In this document: piece by piece, positions 28,278-37,357 of the stretch | How the letters are laid out: every line of letters starts with the position of its first letter | How positions within the stretch are numbered: the first letter of the stretch is position 1 | Origin: Patescibacteria group bacterium | GTDB taxonomy: Bacteria; Patescibacteriota; Patescibacteriia; Patescibacteriales; UBA12465 | Length of the DNA stretch: 64,000 bases | Reading direction: 5' to 3' | Assembly (NCBI GenBank): GCA_028705215.1 | Contig: JAQWDY010000001.1 | Location: 32,785-96,784, forward strand | Notes under the pieces: generated by a model | What the model saw: only the letters and a program-made list of their open reading frames with translations | The model's database searches: none | What the model was told of the DNA's origin: nothing | Made by a program: the position numbers and the translations under genes

Positions 28278-28349
28278 GCGCCCATAGTTCAATGGATAGA
28301 ACACCAGCCTTCTAAGCTGGTTATGGGGGTTCGATTCCCTCTGGGCGTA
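28278..28349 (+). tRNA. tRNA-Arg (anticodon TCT)
   Basis: GCGCCCATAGTTCAATGGATAGAACACCAGCCTTCTAAGCTGGTTATGGGGGTTCGATTCCCTCTGGGCGTA. Anticodon stem CCAGC/GCTGG with loop CTTCTAA; T-loop GGTTCGATTCC. Confidence 0.8.
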
Positions 28350-28361
28350 CTATCAATTTAT

Positions 28362-28436
28362 GGTGCCTATGGTGTAGAGGCAACACAGCAGGTTGTGGTC
28401 CTGTTATCTCGGGTTCGATTCCCGATAGGCACCCCA
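28362..28436 (+). tRNA. tRNA-His (anticodon GTG) with encoded G-1 and CCA
   Basis: G-GTGCCTATGGTGTAGAGGCAACACAGCAGGTTGTGGTCCTGTTATCTCGGGTTCGATTCCCGATAGGCAC-C-CCA. The extra 5-prime G pairs with discriminator C73, the His identity feature. The +strand ORF 28233..28457 is spurious. Confidence 0.85.
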
Positions 28437-28443
28437 CTAAGGA

Positions 28444-28470
28444 AAAGACGAGTCTAAAAGCTCGTTTTTT
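28444..28470 (+). terminator. rho-independent terminator after the tRNA-His gene
   Basis: aaaaGACGAGtctaaaagCTCGTCtttttt-like hairpin (stem ACGAG/CTCGT) plus T-run. Duplicated with variation at 29278..29301. Confidence 0.55.
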
Positions 28471-28595
28471 CTGTTATATAAGGGTAAAAATGAGGTTTGC
28501 CAACACACATTAATATAAATTGGTTGACAAGATAGAATAAATATTGTAATATATTTTATTATAGAACATTAAAAATAACCAATTAAAATACACAC

Positions 28596-29150
28596 ATGGA
28601 AAGAAATGTAAAAAAACGAATGTTTTTGGAATCAGAGCTCTTAAACCAAATTTTAAGTGGCGAAAAAACACTTGGAGATTTAAATTGGTTTATTCAATTA
28701 TCTGATTACGAAATTAAAAAAGCACAAAACAGGCCAGTTGACTTGTTTAAAAGCATGGAAGAACACTTTCATTATGTGGATCAACAAATTTTGAATTATT
28801 TAAATGAACAAAAATCCAAAACACATTTGTCAAAACATAAAAAATTGTTTTGGAAAAAAAATCCAAAAAGCATTTTAAAACAAAAAATGGTTACCATGAA
28901 AGATGCTTTGTGTATTGCCTTAGATTTTATAACAGAAAGAAATCTACTTGAAGTAGAAAAAGGCGCATCTTTTCTGATTCCATTTTCAAGAGAAGAAGAA
29001 AAAGGTGAAAACGAAGGTAAAATATTTTATTTTCACATTTTCAACAGCTCAGACTGGAGTAGGCCTAAAATAGAATTAGGAAAAAAAACCAGAGAGGATT
29101 TTTCGAGGATTTATCTAAAAAGTGATTCATATTTTTTGATAAATTCATAA
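28596..29150 (+). CDS. hypothetical protein (no recognisable domain)
   Basis: 184-aa ORF with ATG start and its own terminator. Lies between tRNA-His and a duplicated copy of the tRNA-His 3-prime flank. Confidence 0.45.
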   Translation: MERNVKKRMFLESELLNQILSGEKTLGDLNWFIQLSDYEIKKAQNRPVDLFKSMEEHFHYVDQQILNYLNEQKSKTHLSKHKKLFWKKNPKSILKQKMVTMKDALCIALDFITERNLLEVEKGASFLIPFSREEEKGENEGKIFYFHIFNSSDWSRPKIELGKKTREDFSRIYLKSDSYFLINS

Positions 29151-29177
29151 TTAAGAAAAGTTAACCTACCACATCCT

Positions 29178-29207
29178 AGACCCGCAACAACATCGCGGGT
29201 CTTTTTT
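29178..29207 (+). terminator. rho-independent terminator
   Basis: aGACCCGCaacaacatcGCGGGTCtttttt: 7-bp GC-rich stem plus T6. Confidence 0.65.
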
Positions 29208-29219
29208 ATATCAATTTAC

Positions 29220-29269
29220 TAAATATTCCATCAAAAAAGTTTTCCAAGTTTTGCGATTAGCCACCCCAT
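29220..29269 (+). repeat. 50-bp direct repeat, copy 1 (taaatattccatcaaaaaagttttccaagttttgcgattagccaccccat)
   Basis: Near-identical to 29857..29906 (4 mismatches by eye). Ends in ...cgattagccacccca, resembling the tRNA-His 3-prime end ...cgattcccgataggcacccca, and is followed by a copy of the post-tRNA terminator. Confidence 0.6.
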
Positions 29270-29277
29270 TTGAAAAA

Positions 29278-29301
29278 GACGAGTCTAAGGGCTCGTTTTT
29301 T
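29278..29301 (+). terminator. duplicated terminator-like hairpin (copy of 28444..28470)
   Basis: gacgagtctaagggctcgtttttt. Together with the preceding cacccca and the following ~40 nt it forms a ~78-bp segment about 85% identical by eye to 28430..28508. Confidence 0.5.
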
Positions 29302-29381
29302 CTTTGATATAAGATAATTATTAAAGTTTGCAAAAAATAAATCAAATGATAATATTGTGTCATAAAGTATATTATCATTTT

Positions 29382-29855
29382 ATGAAAAAAACCTTACTTT
29401 TATTTGTTATTCTAATATCATTAACATTATCTGCCTGTAGCATCTCTCAAAAAGCATCAATTAATTCCAATTTACAGGAATATAATTCACCTGTAATAGT
29501 TAGCAATGAAAATTCATTGGTAATTAAACAGAGAATCCCCGAAGGAACACAAGAAGGGGTGGTTAATGAAAATAAAATTATAAATTACCCACTGAACGAA
29601 GTTAGTGTTATTTTTAATAAAGAAATAAGTAAAGATAGTTTAACTGGAGAAAATTTTTATGCTCTTTGGGGTATAGAGGATAGAATTCCCGCCACCATCT
29701 ATTATAATTCAGAAGAAAAAAAAGCTTCTTTAAAGTTTGATCAACCAATAATTTCTTCAGGCGACATAACAAGAATCACTGTTATTCTAAATAATATAAA
29801 ATCAAAAGACGCGGTTATTGATAACTATTCTTATAATATTGATATTAAAAATTAG
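29382..29855 (+). CDS. small lipoprotein (lipobox LSAC)
   Basis: ORF 29328..29855; ATG at 29382 gives MKKTLLLFVILISLTLSAC-S, a classic lipoprotein signal peptide. No recognisable domain. Flanked by the two 50-bp repeats. Confidence 0.5.
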   Translation: MKKTLLLFVILISLTLSACSISQKASINSNLQEYNSPVIVSNENSLVIKQRIPEGTQEGVVNENKIINYPLNEVSVIFNKEISKDSLTGENFYALWGIEDRIPATIYYNSEEKKASLKFDQPIISSGDITRITVILNNIKSKDAVIDNYSYNIDIKN

Positions 29856-29856
29856 T

Positions 29857-29906
29857 TAAATATTCCATCAAAAAAGTTTGCCAAATTTTGCGATTAGTCA
29901 CCCCAT
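29857..29906 (+). repeat. 50-bp direct repeat, copy 2
   Basis: taaatattccatcaaaaaagtttgccaaattttgcgattagtcaccccat; starts 2 nt after the lipoprotein stop codon. Confidence 0.6.
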
Positions 29907-30059
29907 AAGAAAGTATATAAAAATAACTCTAATATTAGGGTTATTTTTGTTTTAGATTTGTTGGACTCCTGGAGGGAAGACAAACTGGTTGACAAATAAT
30001 AATAATTATGATATAGTACATTTACAGTTCATTGAAATAATAACAAAAAATACCATATC

Positions 30060-30338
30060 ATGAAGATTAATCACTTTTCTTTCGTTATTTTTTTAGCGTC
30101 AACAGCGCTTAGCTTAATCCCTTTTGGAACAATTTTGGTGGGATACTTAATAGCAAAAAACAGCGCAAAAAAAGAACTCGTAACAAGGTTCTTGGTTGCT
30201 TCCGCTGGTGTAATATTAAGCCAAGGGGTTGCGCTTCAATTTGAAGCAATGAGAATTTTTTTGTCGCTATTTATTATGGCGGCAGCAATACCCTTCTTTC
30301 TTCCCAAGCAAAAAAAAGAAGAATTAAGTGATGTATAA
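30060..30338 (+). CDS. small integral membrane protein, hypothetical
   Basis: 92 aa, three hydrophobic segments. Preceded by a TTGACA-N17-TATAGT promoter-like sequence at about 29991..30019 and followed by a terminator. Confidence 0.4.
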   Translation: MKINHFSFVIFLASTALSLIPFGTILVGYLIAKNSAKKELVTRFLVASAGVILSQGVALQFEAMRIFLSLFIMAAAIPFFLPKQKKEELSDV

Positions 30339-30345
30339 AAAGACA

Positions 30346-30409
30346 AAAGGAGTCTAGATCATTAAGACTCCTTTTTTATTTAAAAACAGCCCCAGAAGAG
30401 CTGTTTTTA
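30346..30409. terminator. two consecutive hairpin terminators (convergent gene ends)
   Basis: aaaaGGAGTCTagatcattAAGACTCCtttttt (30346..30377) and aaaaACAGCcccagaagaGCTGTtttta (30382..30409), between the small membrane-protein gene and the dnaN 3-prime end. Confidence 0.6.
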
Positions 30410-30426
30410 TTTTTATATTATATAAA

Positions 30427-31551
30427 TTATTGCTTAATAGGCATCACTATATAAAGATAGTTATTTTCTTTCTCGGGTTTAATCAAGCAAGGGGTGTTAT
30501 TGTTTAAAACTTTTATTAAGACATTTTCATCGTCAATATTATTTAACCCGTCCAGCAAATAACGGTAGTTTATTGTAATTTCATTTTCATCGCCTTCTAC
30601 ATTGCAATTAATTTCTACTTGACTTTCGCCGCTTGCCCCAGAAAACGAAGAAATAGAAATTTTATTTTTTAACAACAAAATAGTAATATCATTTATTCCA
30701 CTTTTTGAGAACAAAGAAACTGCTTTTACCCCTCTTATAAACTCTGTTTTATTAACTAACGCCTCTGTTATGCTTTTATTAGGAATTATTTGTTTATAAT
30801 CAGGGTATTTTCCGTTTATTAAACGAGAAATTAAACTTACTGAATCAAATTTAAATAAAATCTGATTATCAGAAATGGTAATTTCTATTTCATTTGCTCC
30901 ATCGATATCATTAAAATCAAAATTATTAAGTATTCTTAACAATTCTTGAACTGTTTTTGCTGGAACAATTACAGACTCATCTTCTTTTTTATAATTTTCT
31001 TTTATTTTAACTTCTTTTTCAGCTAAGCGATAACTATCAGTTGCCGCTAAATTTAATTTTTTTTCAGAAAAAGTGAATAAAACACCAGTTAATTCAACTC
31101 TATTTTCACTATTTGAAACTGCAAAAATAACTTGAGCGAGCGATTTTTTAAATTCTTCTATATCTAATAAATAACTTGTGTCTTCGTTTATTGTTGGAAT
31201 AAGGGGAAAATCTTTTGCTTCTTCTCCTTTTATTTTTGTTTTATAATTACCTGATTTTATCTTAAGCTCCTTATTTTTTTCTTCAATCTCAACTTTCTCT
31301 CCGTTATTTAGTAAGTTTACATAATCACTTATCAACTTAGAATCAACTGTAAATTGTCCTTCTCTTTCTATTTTTCCTCTAACTAAATGCCTTATCCCGA
31401 TCTCTAGATTAGTTCCAATAAACTCTATGTTACTATTTTCAATTTTTATTAATATATTATTTAATATAGGAAGATTGACATTTTTTACTGTTACATGTCC
31501 AACTATATTTAATCCTCTTTTTAAATTTTCTTGTAGGGATATAAATTTCAT
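30427..31551 (-). CDS. dnaN: DNA polymerase III beta subunit (sliding clamp)
   Basis: 374 aa; MKFISLQENLKRGLNIVGHV..., three-domain clamp architecture; immediately downstream of dnaA. Confidence 0.9.
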   Translation of the reverse strand: MKFISLQENLKRGLNIVGHVTVKNVNLPILNNILIKIENSNIEFIGTNLEIGIRHLVRGKIEREGQFTVDSKLISDYVNLLNNGEKVEIEEKNKELKIKSGNYKTKIKGEEAKDFPLIPTINEDTSYLLDIEEFKKSLAQVIFAVSNSENRVELTGVLFTFSEKKLNLAATDSYRLAEKEVKIKENYKKEDESVIVPAKTVQELLRILNNFDFNDIDGANEIEITISDNQILFKFDSVSLISRLINGKYPDYKQIIPNKSITEALVNKTEFIRGVKAVSLFSKSGINDITILLLKNKISISSFSGASGESQVEINCNVEGDENEITINYRYLLDGLNNIDDENVLIKVLNNNTPCLIKPEKENNYLYIVMPIKQ

Positions 31552-31816
31552 ATTTTTATAATTGTTTATTATATTATTAATTTATATTATATAAATAATA
31601 ATAATAATAAGGAGGTGGATAATTAAATATTTTTTAAGTTTTCTTATAATTATATAGTCATTTGACCTATTTTGCTGTTGATAAGCGAACTCTTAAAAAG
31701 TGGGAAAATAATAACAAAGTGTTAACTACTTTTCTACTATCTATTTTTTAAACAATTTGTTAAATCTAATCAACAGGACTATTTTTTATATCAACAACTT
31801 AATCCACAGAAAATTG
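31552..31816. promoter_or_regulatory. candidate oriC segment (dnaA-dnaN spacer) with DnaA-box-like 9-mers and an AT-rich unwinding tract
   Basis: GGTGGATAA (31614..31622, rc TTATCCACC), TGTTGATAA (31676..31684, rc TTATCAACA), TAATCCACA (31800..31808), each 8/9 to TTATCCACA. (AAT)n tract ataaataataataataataa at 31591..31610. Confidence 0.45.
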
Positions 31817-33220
31817 TTAATAACTTTGATTAAAAAGTTGCTTTATTGAATTTATTTCTTGTTTTAATTTTTCATTACTAACAACTTTTATTTCATTTAA
31901 GATTTTGTTATAAGCGTGCATAGCTGTGGTGTGATCACGTCCTCCTAGTTCATGGCCTATTGCTGGATAAGATGAGTTTAATTCTTCTCTTATTAAATAA
32001 ATAGCAACTTGTCGAGGATTAACTAATTCTTTTTTTCTGCTATTACCAGTTAAATCCTTGGTATTTATGTTATAGAATTTCGCTACCACTTCAATTATGT
32101 CACGAGCAGACATTGAACGAGATTGAATATTGGAAATAAAGTCACCTAAAACCTCTTTCACGGTTTCGGTGCTAGGTTCAATATTTTTTAATTGATGATA
32201 GGCAATTACTTTATTTAAAGCGCCCTCAAGCTCCCTGATATTGTTTTTTACATTCTCTGCAATATAGATTAAAACATTTTTTTCTAAGACAAATCCTTTT
32301 TCCTGCGCCTTTTTTTCTAATATAACCAACTTTGTTTCAGTGTCTGGCTTACCAATATCAGCCACCATACCTGATTCAAATCGGGAAATTAACCTTTTTT
32401 CAATAGCGGGCATAGATTTTGGTGGGCGATCAGAGGTGAGGACAATTTGTTTATCATTTTGCTGAAGTTCATTAAAGGTGTGAAAAAACTCTTCTTGGGT
32501 TCCGTCTTTTCCGCCCATAAATTGGATATCATCAACCAAAAGAAGATCAACATTTCGATAGAGATTTTTAAACTCTTTTGCCTTTCCGGTAGTAACAGCC
32601 TGAATATAGCTGTTGGTAAATTTTTCGCTTGTTGTGTATAGAATTTTACTATTTTTCTTAGCTACTTCGTTGCCAATTGCCTGCATAAGATGGGTTTTTC
32701 CTAACCCAACGCCGCCATAGATAAAAAGTGGGTTATAGGATTTACCAAGATTATTAGCAACCGCTAAACAAGCGGCGTGCGCCAACTCATTGCCACGACC
32801 AACAACAAAATTTTCAAAAAGATATTTAGAGTTTAAACCATAACGATTAGCTGAAAAAGAGCTATTGTTTTCTGGTACACTTATTTTTTGTTCCGATTTA
32901 AATAAAATATTTTCATTATCTTTTGTTGACGATCCACTTTTAGTTGCTTTATTTGTCTCTTCTTTTGTATTTTTTAGTTCTATTTTATAGATAATTTCTT
33001 CAATTTCTTGTTTGGTAACGCTATTTAAAGCACTAATTATGTTTTTGTGATATTTTTCTTCTAACCATTTTTTAACAAAGGCATTGGGGACACAAAGAAT
33101 GACCCGACTATTTTCGAATGAAGATATGAAAGTGTCTTTAAACCAAGTGATAAAGTTAGCTCGCGACAAACTAACCTCTATTTCTCCTAGTACAGCTTGC
33201 CAAATTTGTTCGTTATTCAT
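31817..33220 (-). CDS. dnaA: chromosomal replication initiator DnaA
   Basis: 467 aa; AAA+ Walker A LFIYGGVGLGKTHLMQAIGNE, sensor motifs, C-terminal DNA-binding domain (...VNPRQVAIYLIREELNSSYPAIGHELGGRDHTTAMHAYNKI). Confidence 0.9.
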   Translation of the reverse strand: MNNEQIWQAVLGEIEVSLSRANFITWFKDTFISSFENSRVILCVPNAFVKKWLEEKYHKNIISALNSVTKQEIEEIIYKIELKNTKEETNKATKSGSSTKDNENILFKSEQKISVPENNSSFSANRYGLNSKYLFENFVVGRGNELAHAACLAVANNLGKSYNPLFIYGGVGLGKTHLMQAIGNEVAKKNSKILYTTSEKFTNSYIQAVTTGKAKEFKNLYRNVDLLLVDDIQFMGGKDGTQEEFFHTFNELQQNDKQIVLTSDRPPKSMPAIEKRLISRFESGMVADIGKPDTETKLVILEKKAQEKGFVLEKNVLIYIAENVKNNIRELEGALNKVIAYHQLKNIEPSTETVKEVLGDFISNIQSRSMSARDIIEVVAKFYNINTKDLTGNSRKKELVNPRQVAIYLIREELNSSYPAIGHELGGRDHTTAMHAYNKILNEIKVVSNEKLKQEINSIKQLFNQSY

Positions 33221-33403
33221 AGGTGGGGTGCTTAAAAATAAGTTAAAACAATTTATTTAATTATATTAGAAATATAACTTTTCCACAAGGCAAGAAAATG
33301 TTAAAAATATGTTAACAAGAGGTGTATAACTTTTTAAGTCTTTATAATTGACGGCTATAAATAAAGATGATATTGTATAAAAACAAATTATTAAGAATAT
33401 AAT
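33221..33403. promoter_or_regulatory. rpmH-dnaA divergent spacer with a DnaA-box-like 9-mer (second oriC candidate / dnaA promoter region)
   Basis: TTTTCCACA at 33279..33287 (8/9 to consensus); AT-rich. Confidence 0.35.
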
Positions 33404-33541
33404 ATGCCAAAAAGAACATATCAGCCGAACAAGAAAAGGGCAAAGACAAAACATGGTTTTATCAGTCGAATGGAAACAAAAGATGGTAGAAATGTTTTAA
33501 AGAGTCGTCGCGCGAAAGGCAGAAAAAAATTAGCAAAATAA
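33404..33541 (+). CDS. rpmH: 50S ribosomal protein L34
   Basis: 45 aa, not in the ORF track because under 60 aa: [45 protein letters not shown]. Classic position upstream of rnpA. Confidence 0.85.
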   Translation: MPKRTYQPNKKRAKTKHGFISRMETKDGRNVLKSRRAKGRKKLAK

Positions 33542-33556
33542 GTTTTAGACCTATAA

Positions 33557-33892
33557 ATGCTAAGAAAAGAAAACAGAATAAGACTAAAGAAAGAATTTGA
33601 CCAAGTTTTTAAGCGTGGCTTGTCTTTTTATAATAAAAATCTAGGAGTTAAGGTTTTAAAAACAGAATTAAAAGTGAGTCGACTTGGCATTATAATAAGT
33701 AACAAGGTTAGCAAGAGGGCGGTTGAGAGAAATAGAATAAAAAGAATCATCAGAGATTTTTTTAAAAAAGAAATTGAAGGTTTAAAAATAGGGAAAGATG
33801 TGGTGATAATTGTGTTCCCCAATGAAGCAAATAAGAGTAAGGCTGAAATTGAGAAAGATTTAAAAATAGCATTAGATAAAATAAAAAAATAA
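33557..33892 (+). CDS. rnpA: ribonuclease P protein component
   Basis: 111 aa, basic; ...[13 protein letters not shown]...[28 protein letters not shown]. Confidence 0.85.
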   Translation: MLRKENRIRLKKEFDQVFKRGLSFYNKNLGVKVLKTELKVSRLGIIISNKVSKRAVERNRIKRIIRDFFKKEIEGLKIGKDVVIIVFPNEANKSKAEIEKDLKIALDKIKK

Positions 33893-34149
33893 TGACAAGG
33901 CAAATATCGGTAATAATGAAGAAGTTTTTTATTGGTCTTATTTCTTTTTATCAAAAAACCCTTTCTTTTGACCATGGACCACTGAAAATTTTTTATCCAC
34001 ACGGTTTTTGTCGCTTTAACCCCACCTGTTCCCAGTATGGGAAAGAGGCGATAGAAAAACATGGAGCGATAAAGGGGGGGGTGATGACAATGTGGAGAAT
34101 TTTGCGTTGTAATCCTTGGAATAAAGGAGGAAATGATCCTGTTAAATAA
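33892..34149 (+). CDS. yidD: membrane protein insertion efficiency factor YidD
   Basis: 85 aa; ...ISFYQKTLS...[24 protein letters not shown]...RILRCNPW. Confidence 0.85.
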   Translation: MTRQISVIMKKFFIGLISFYQKTLSFDHGPLKIFYPHGFCRFNPTCSQYGKEAIEKHGAIKGGVMTMWRILRCNPWNKGGNDPVK

Positions 34150-34167
34150 TATATTTATATAATTAGT

Positions 34168-34899
34168 ATGTTTACCACAATTTTTTATCAGCCAGTTTTA
34201 AATCTATTGGTTTTTATCTATAATATAATACCATTTAACGATTTTGGCGTTGCGATTATATTATTAACTGTTATTATCAAGCTTATTTTTTGGCCACTTG
34301 GTGGCAAAGCAATTAAATCACAGAAAGCGCTTCAAGATCTACAACCTAAGATTGATAAAATAAAGCAAGAATATAAAGATGATAAGGTTGCGTCAAGCCA
34401 AAAAATAATGGAGCTTTATAAAGATAATAAAATAAATCCTTTTTCGTCTTGTCTTCCTCTTTTAATTCAACTCCCTTTTCTATGGGCGGTATTTCGTATA
34501 TTTAGAAGTGGGGTAGAAAATAATCTTGATTTAGTTTATCCCTTTATAAGTAGACCGGAAAGTATTAATACTATTTCTTTTGGTATAGTTGACTTAGGTG
34601 TTCCTAATGTATATCTTGCGATTTTAGCGGGATTGGCTCAATTTTGGCAGGCAAAAATGGTTTCCGTTAGAAAGCCAGAGATTAAAACGCCGGGAGCAAA
34701 GGATGAAAATATGATGGCAATAATGAATAAACAAATGTTGTTTATTATGCCTGCGGTAACAGTTTTTATTGGCATGTCTTTGCCGGGTGGCCTAACCCTT
34801 TATTGGTTGGTAATTACTTTAGTAACCGTTATACAGCAACTACTAGTCTTTAAGAAAAAAAATAATACTGAAGTGATTGAAGGAGAAATAGTTAAATAA
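34168..34899 (+). CDS. yidC: membrane protein insertase YidC (short Oxa1-like form)
   Basis: 243 aa; ...LQDLQPKIDKIKQEYKDDK...MELYKDNKINPFSSCLPLLIQLPF...; 5 TM helices. Confidence 0.85.
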   Translation: MFTTIFYQPVLNLLVFIYNIIPFNDFGVAIILLTVIIKLIFWPLGGKAIKSQKALQDLQPKIDKIKQEYKDDKVASSQKIMELYKDNKINPFSSCLPLLIQLPFLWAVFRIFRSGVENNLDLVYPFISRPESINTISFGIVDLGVPNVYLAILAGLAQFWQAKMVSVRKPEIKTPGAKDENMMAIMNKQMLFIMPAVTVFIGMSLPGGLTLYWLVITLVTVIQQLLVFKKKNNTEVIEGEIVK

Positions 34900-34946
34900 G
34901 ATAAATAAAAAATAGCCTTAAAAATGGGCTATTTTTTTATAAACTA

Positions 34947-36836
34947 TTAATTTACCGTTACCTCTTCTTTTATTTCTTCTGTTTGTTCGGCGTTATCTAT
35001 ATCCTCTTTTTCTACCTCTTTTTCTTTGCCAACCAAACACACCTCTTGCCAAGGAACATAATGGGAATTGAATCTTACTTCTTGACGAGGCGTAGTTGTG
35101 GCACCTTCGGGATAAGTTACAATGTAATCAAAGTAGGTGTCAGCACCATTATGAGCACTTTCAGTACAACGTTTTTGACCGGGCTCTAATTCATCGGTTT
35201 CTATTATTTTAGTAGCTGGTGGTTTTACAATGTTGTAAATAATCGGCGTAGTAGTTGTCGCCTCTCTTCCATCTTTGGTTCCCCAGAAATCAAAATAGAT
35301 ATCGTTTCCTTCGATGCGAGATTGGATGAGGATGTAATTATTTGTATCATTTATAAATTTAACATCTGGCCAAGGATCATAAACGGCAGCGTCCATGCCA
35401 GCTGGTTCGTAGTAGCTGACTCGGTAGGAGTGGTTTCTTCTCGCGGTGATAGGCAGACCTGATGAAAGAGCGGATCGAAAAATAGTTGTCGCCACTTGGC
35501 ATAAGCCGCCACCATATTCAAGAATGGTTTTATCACCCTTTATAACCAATTCTGGCAAATAACCAGTGCTAGCATCAATATCACCTAATGCGCCAACTAG
35601 CGAAAACTCTTCGTCGGGTTTAATTAGTACGCCATGAATAGCTTCAGCGCCCACTTCAATGTTGTGACGCCGGTTAGCCGAAGATCCAGCGAAATTAGAA
35701 TGACCAACACCAATTAATTCTTTTATAGAAAAATCGTTTTCTGATGTAAAATCTTCGACACTTATTATTTTTGTTTTTATTTCTGCTTCCCAAAGATTAA
35801 CAGTTAGATTATCTAAAATATTTTCAGCACTTAATTCTAGGTCAAGTTCACGCCCATCTTTGCCCACTTGCCAGCTAGACACCTTGTTGTCTACAATCTC
35901 AAAACGAGGCAAAACAATCTCTTGATTTATTTGTTTGGCTACCTGAGAAGAAAGATATTTTTTAATTTTTTCTTTATCAAAGCTGAAGGTTGGTATCTGA
36001 TTAGCAGTTTTTGTTGTTATCCAGGTAATTAATTCGCTCGATTTAACTTTAAATGTTAATTTCTCTTCATTTTTTGTAGAGTTATCAATATAAAAAATTA
36101 TAAAATCACCTTGAGCAAGTATTTCTTCTGCCTTTGGCCTTAAAACTTCTAAGTCAGTCTGCAAAATGCTTGGATATTGTGATTGAGTCCTTAGTATTAT
36201 ATGGGGAGTTTTTAAATATTTTAAAGATTCCTCTAGTTCATTCTTTAAATTTACTACAGCAACCTCCTTGCCTATTCTCTCTTTATTGTTTATTAAATCT
36301 CCCTCTTCATTGATTGAAAAATAGGCGTTTTCGGCGGGTATGGTTAAATTAGAGAAATTATTATTTAGCCATTTTAAAATAATTTCATCTTGATAAGATA
36401 AAGAGAGAAGGGTTTGATTTTTATAATCACTTACTAAAATTGTTTTTATATAATCAAGAAAAGATCTATTTTTTTTTGCAAAAGCATCGTTTGCCGTTTC
36501 TTCAATATCAAAGACAAAGGAGTCAACATAAAGAAGACTTTCGGGAATATCAGGACTAGCTGAAGTGGCACTAAGAGGAAATGTTTTACTTTCATTATTA
36601 TAAGAAAAAACAATTCCTTTTTCACGAAGACGAACTTCTTCTTTTATTAGCAAATCTCTGACTTCATCTATTTCTAATCTAGAAACATCCAAATTGCCAA
36701 TATAGGTTCGAGGAAGAAGTTTGGATCGATAATTTGTTGACCAATATAAATAAAAAATTAAAAAAATTGTCAGCAATAATAATAGAACTGACAAAGAAAT
36801 AAAAGTTAATTTTTTATTTTTTAACATAGACATCAA
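34947..36836 (-). CDS. VanW-family protein with N-terminal TM anchor
   Basis: 629 aa; C-terminal VanW-like region ...GGGLCQVATTIFRSALSSGLPITARRNHSYRVSYYEPAGMDAAVYDPWPDVKFINDT... Confidence 0.65.
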   Translation of the reverse strand: MMSMLKNKKLTFISLSVLLLLLTIFLIFYLYWSTNYRSKLLPRTYIGNLDVSRLEIDEVRDLLIKEEVRLREKGIVFSYNNESKTFPLSATSASPDIPESLLYVDSFVFDIEETANDAFAKKNRSFLDYIKTILVSDYKNQTLLSLSYQDEIILKWLNNNFSNLTIPAENAYFSINEEGDLINNKERIGKEVAVVNLKNELEESLKYLKTPHIILRTQSQYPSILQTDLEVLRPKAEEILAQGDFIIFYIDNSTKNEEKLTFKVKSSELITWITTKTANQIPTFSFDKEKIKKYLSSQVAKQINQEIVLPRFEIVDNKVSSWQVGKDGRELDLELSAENILDNLTVNLWEAEIKTKIISVEDFTSENDFSIKELIGVGHSNFAGSSANRRHNIEVGAEAIHGVLIKPDEEFSLVGALGDIDASTGYLPELVIKGDKTILEYGGGLCQVATTIFRSALSSGLPITARRNHSYRVSYYEPAGMDAAVYDPWPDVKFINDTNNYILIQSRIEGNDIYFDFWGTKDGREATTTTPIIYNIVKPPATKIIETDELEPGQKRCTESAHNGADTYFDYIVTYPEGATTTPRQEVRFNSHYVPWQEVCLVGKEKEVEKEDIDNAEQTEEIKEEVTVN

Positions 36837-37249
36837 TCTTTAACAGTAACTTTTATTTTTTCAGGCTTCGACTTATATAAAGTTATGGTTAAAACCCCAT
36901 TTTCTATTTCTGCCTTAATTTTTTTCGGATCAACCTCAGCCGGTAAGATTATTGAACGTGAAAATGGGCCCCAATAGCACTCTTTAAATAGATATTCGCA
37001 ATCAGAAGAAAGCTCTTTATTTTCGCGACTACCTTTAATAATAAGAAGGTCATTGTGGAGAGATATTTTTAAATTTTCAGGATTTGCGCCAGCTATGGTA
37101 GATTTTATAATAATCCTTTTAAGGTCGTGTAAAACGTCAATAGCAAGTTGCCCCTCTTCTTCTTCCGCTTCTTCTTCCAGCCATTTATTAATTGTTGGCT
37201 CCTCTTCTTTTATAAGAGAATCATTTTTATTTTTTTTAGAAAAAAGCAT
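36833..37249 (-). CDS. Hsp20/alpha-crystallin family small heat-shock protein
   Basis: 138 aa; alpha-crystallin domain ...AIDVLHDLKRIIIKSTIAGANPENLKISLHNDLLIIKGSRE...ILPAEVDPKKIKAEIENGVLTITL. Confidence 0.8.
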   Translation of the reverse strand: MLFSKKNKNDSLIKEEEPTINKWLEEEAEEEEGQLAIDVLHDLKRIIIKSTIAGANPENLKISLHNDLLIIKGSRENKELSSDCEYLFKECYWGPFSRSIILPAEVDPKKIKAEIENGVLTITLYKSKPEKIKVTVKD

Positions 37250-37331
37250 AAGAGATTAGAATTTTATTTATACTTTCAATTTACCAATTTTTTAGAAAAA
37301 TGTAAATATCACTTTTTTTGAGTAAAAAAAT

Positions 37332-37355
37332 AAAAACCGCTATTATGGCGGTTTT
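37332..37355 (-). terminator. rho-independent terminator downstream of the minus-strand tRNA pair
   Basis: aaaaACCGCtattatgGCGGTttt hairpin immediately 3-prime of tRNA-Val. Confidence 0.5.
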
Positions 37356-37357
37356 AG

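Noticed and set aside
28233-28457. 74-aa ORF across 28233..28457
   Set aside because: Overlaps tRNA-Arg(TCT) and tRNA-His(GTG) exactly; a tRNA-shadow ORF.
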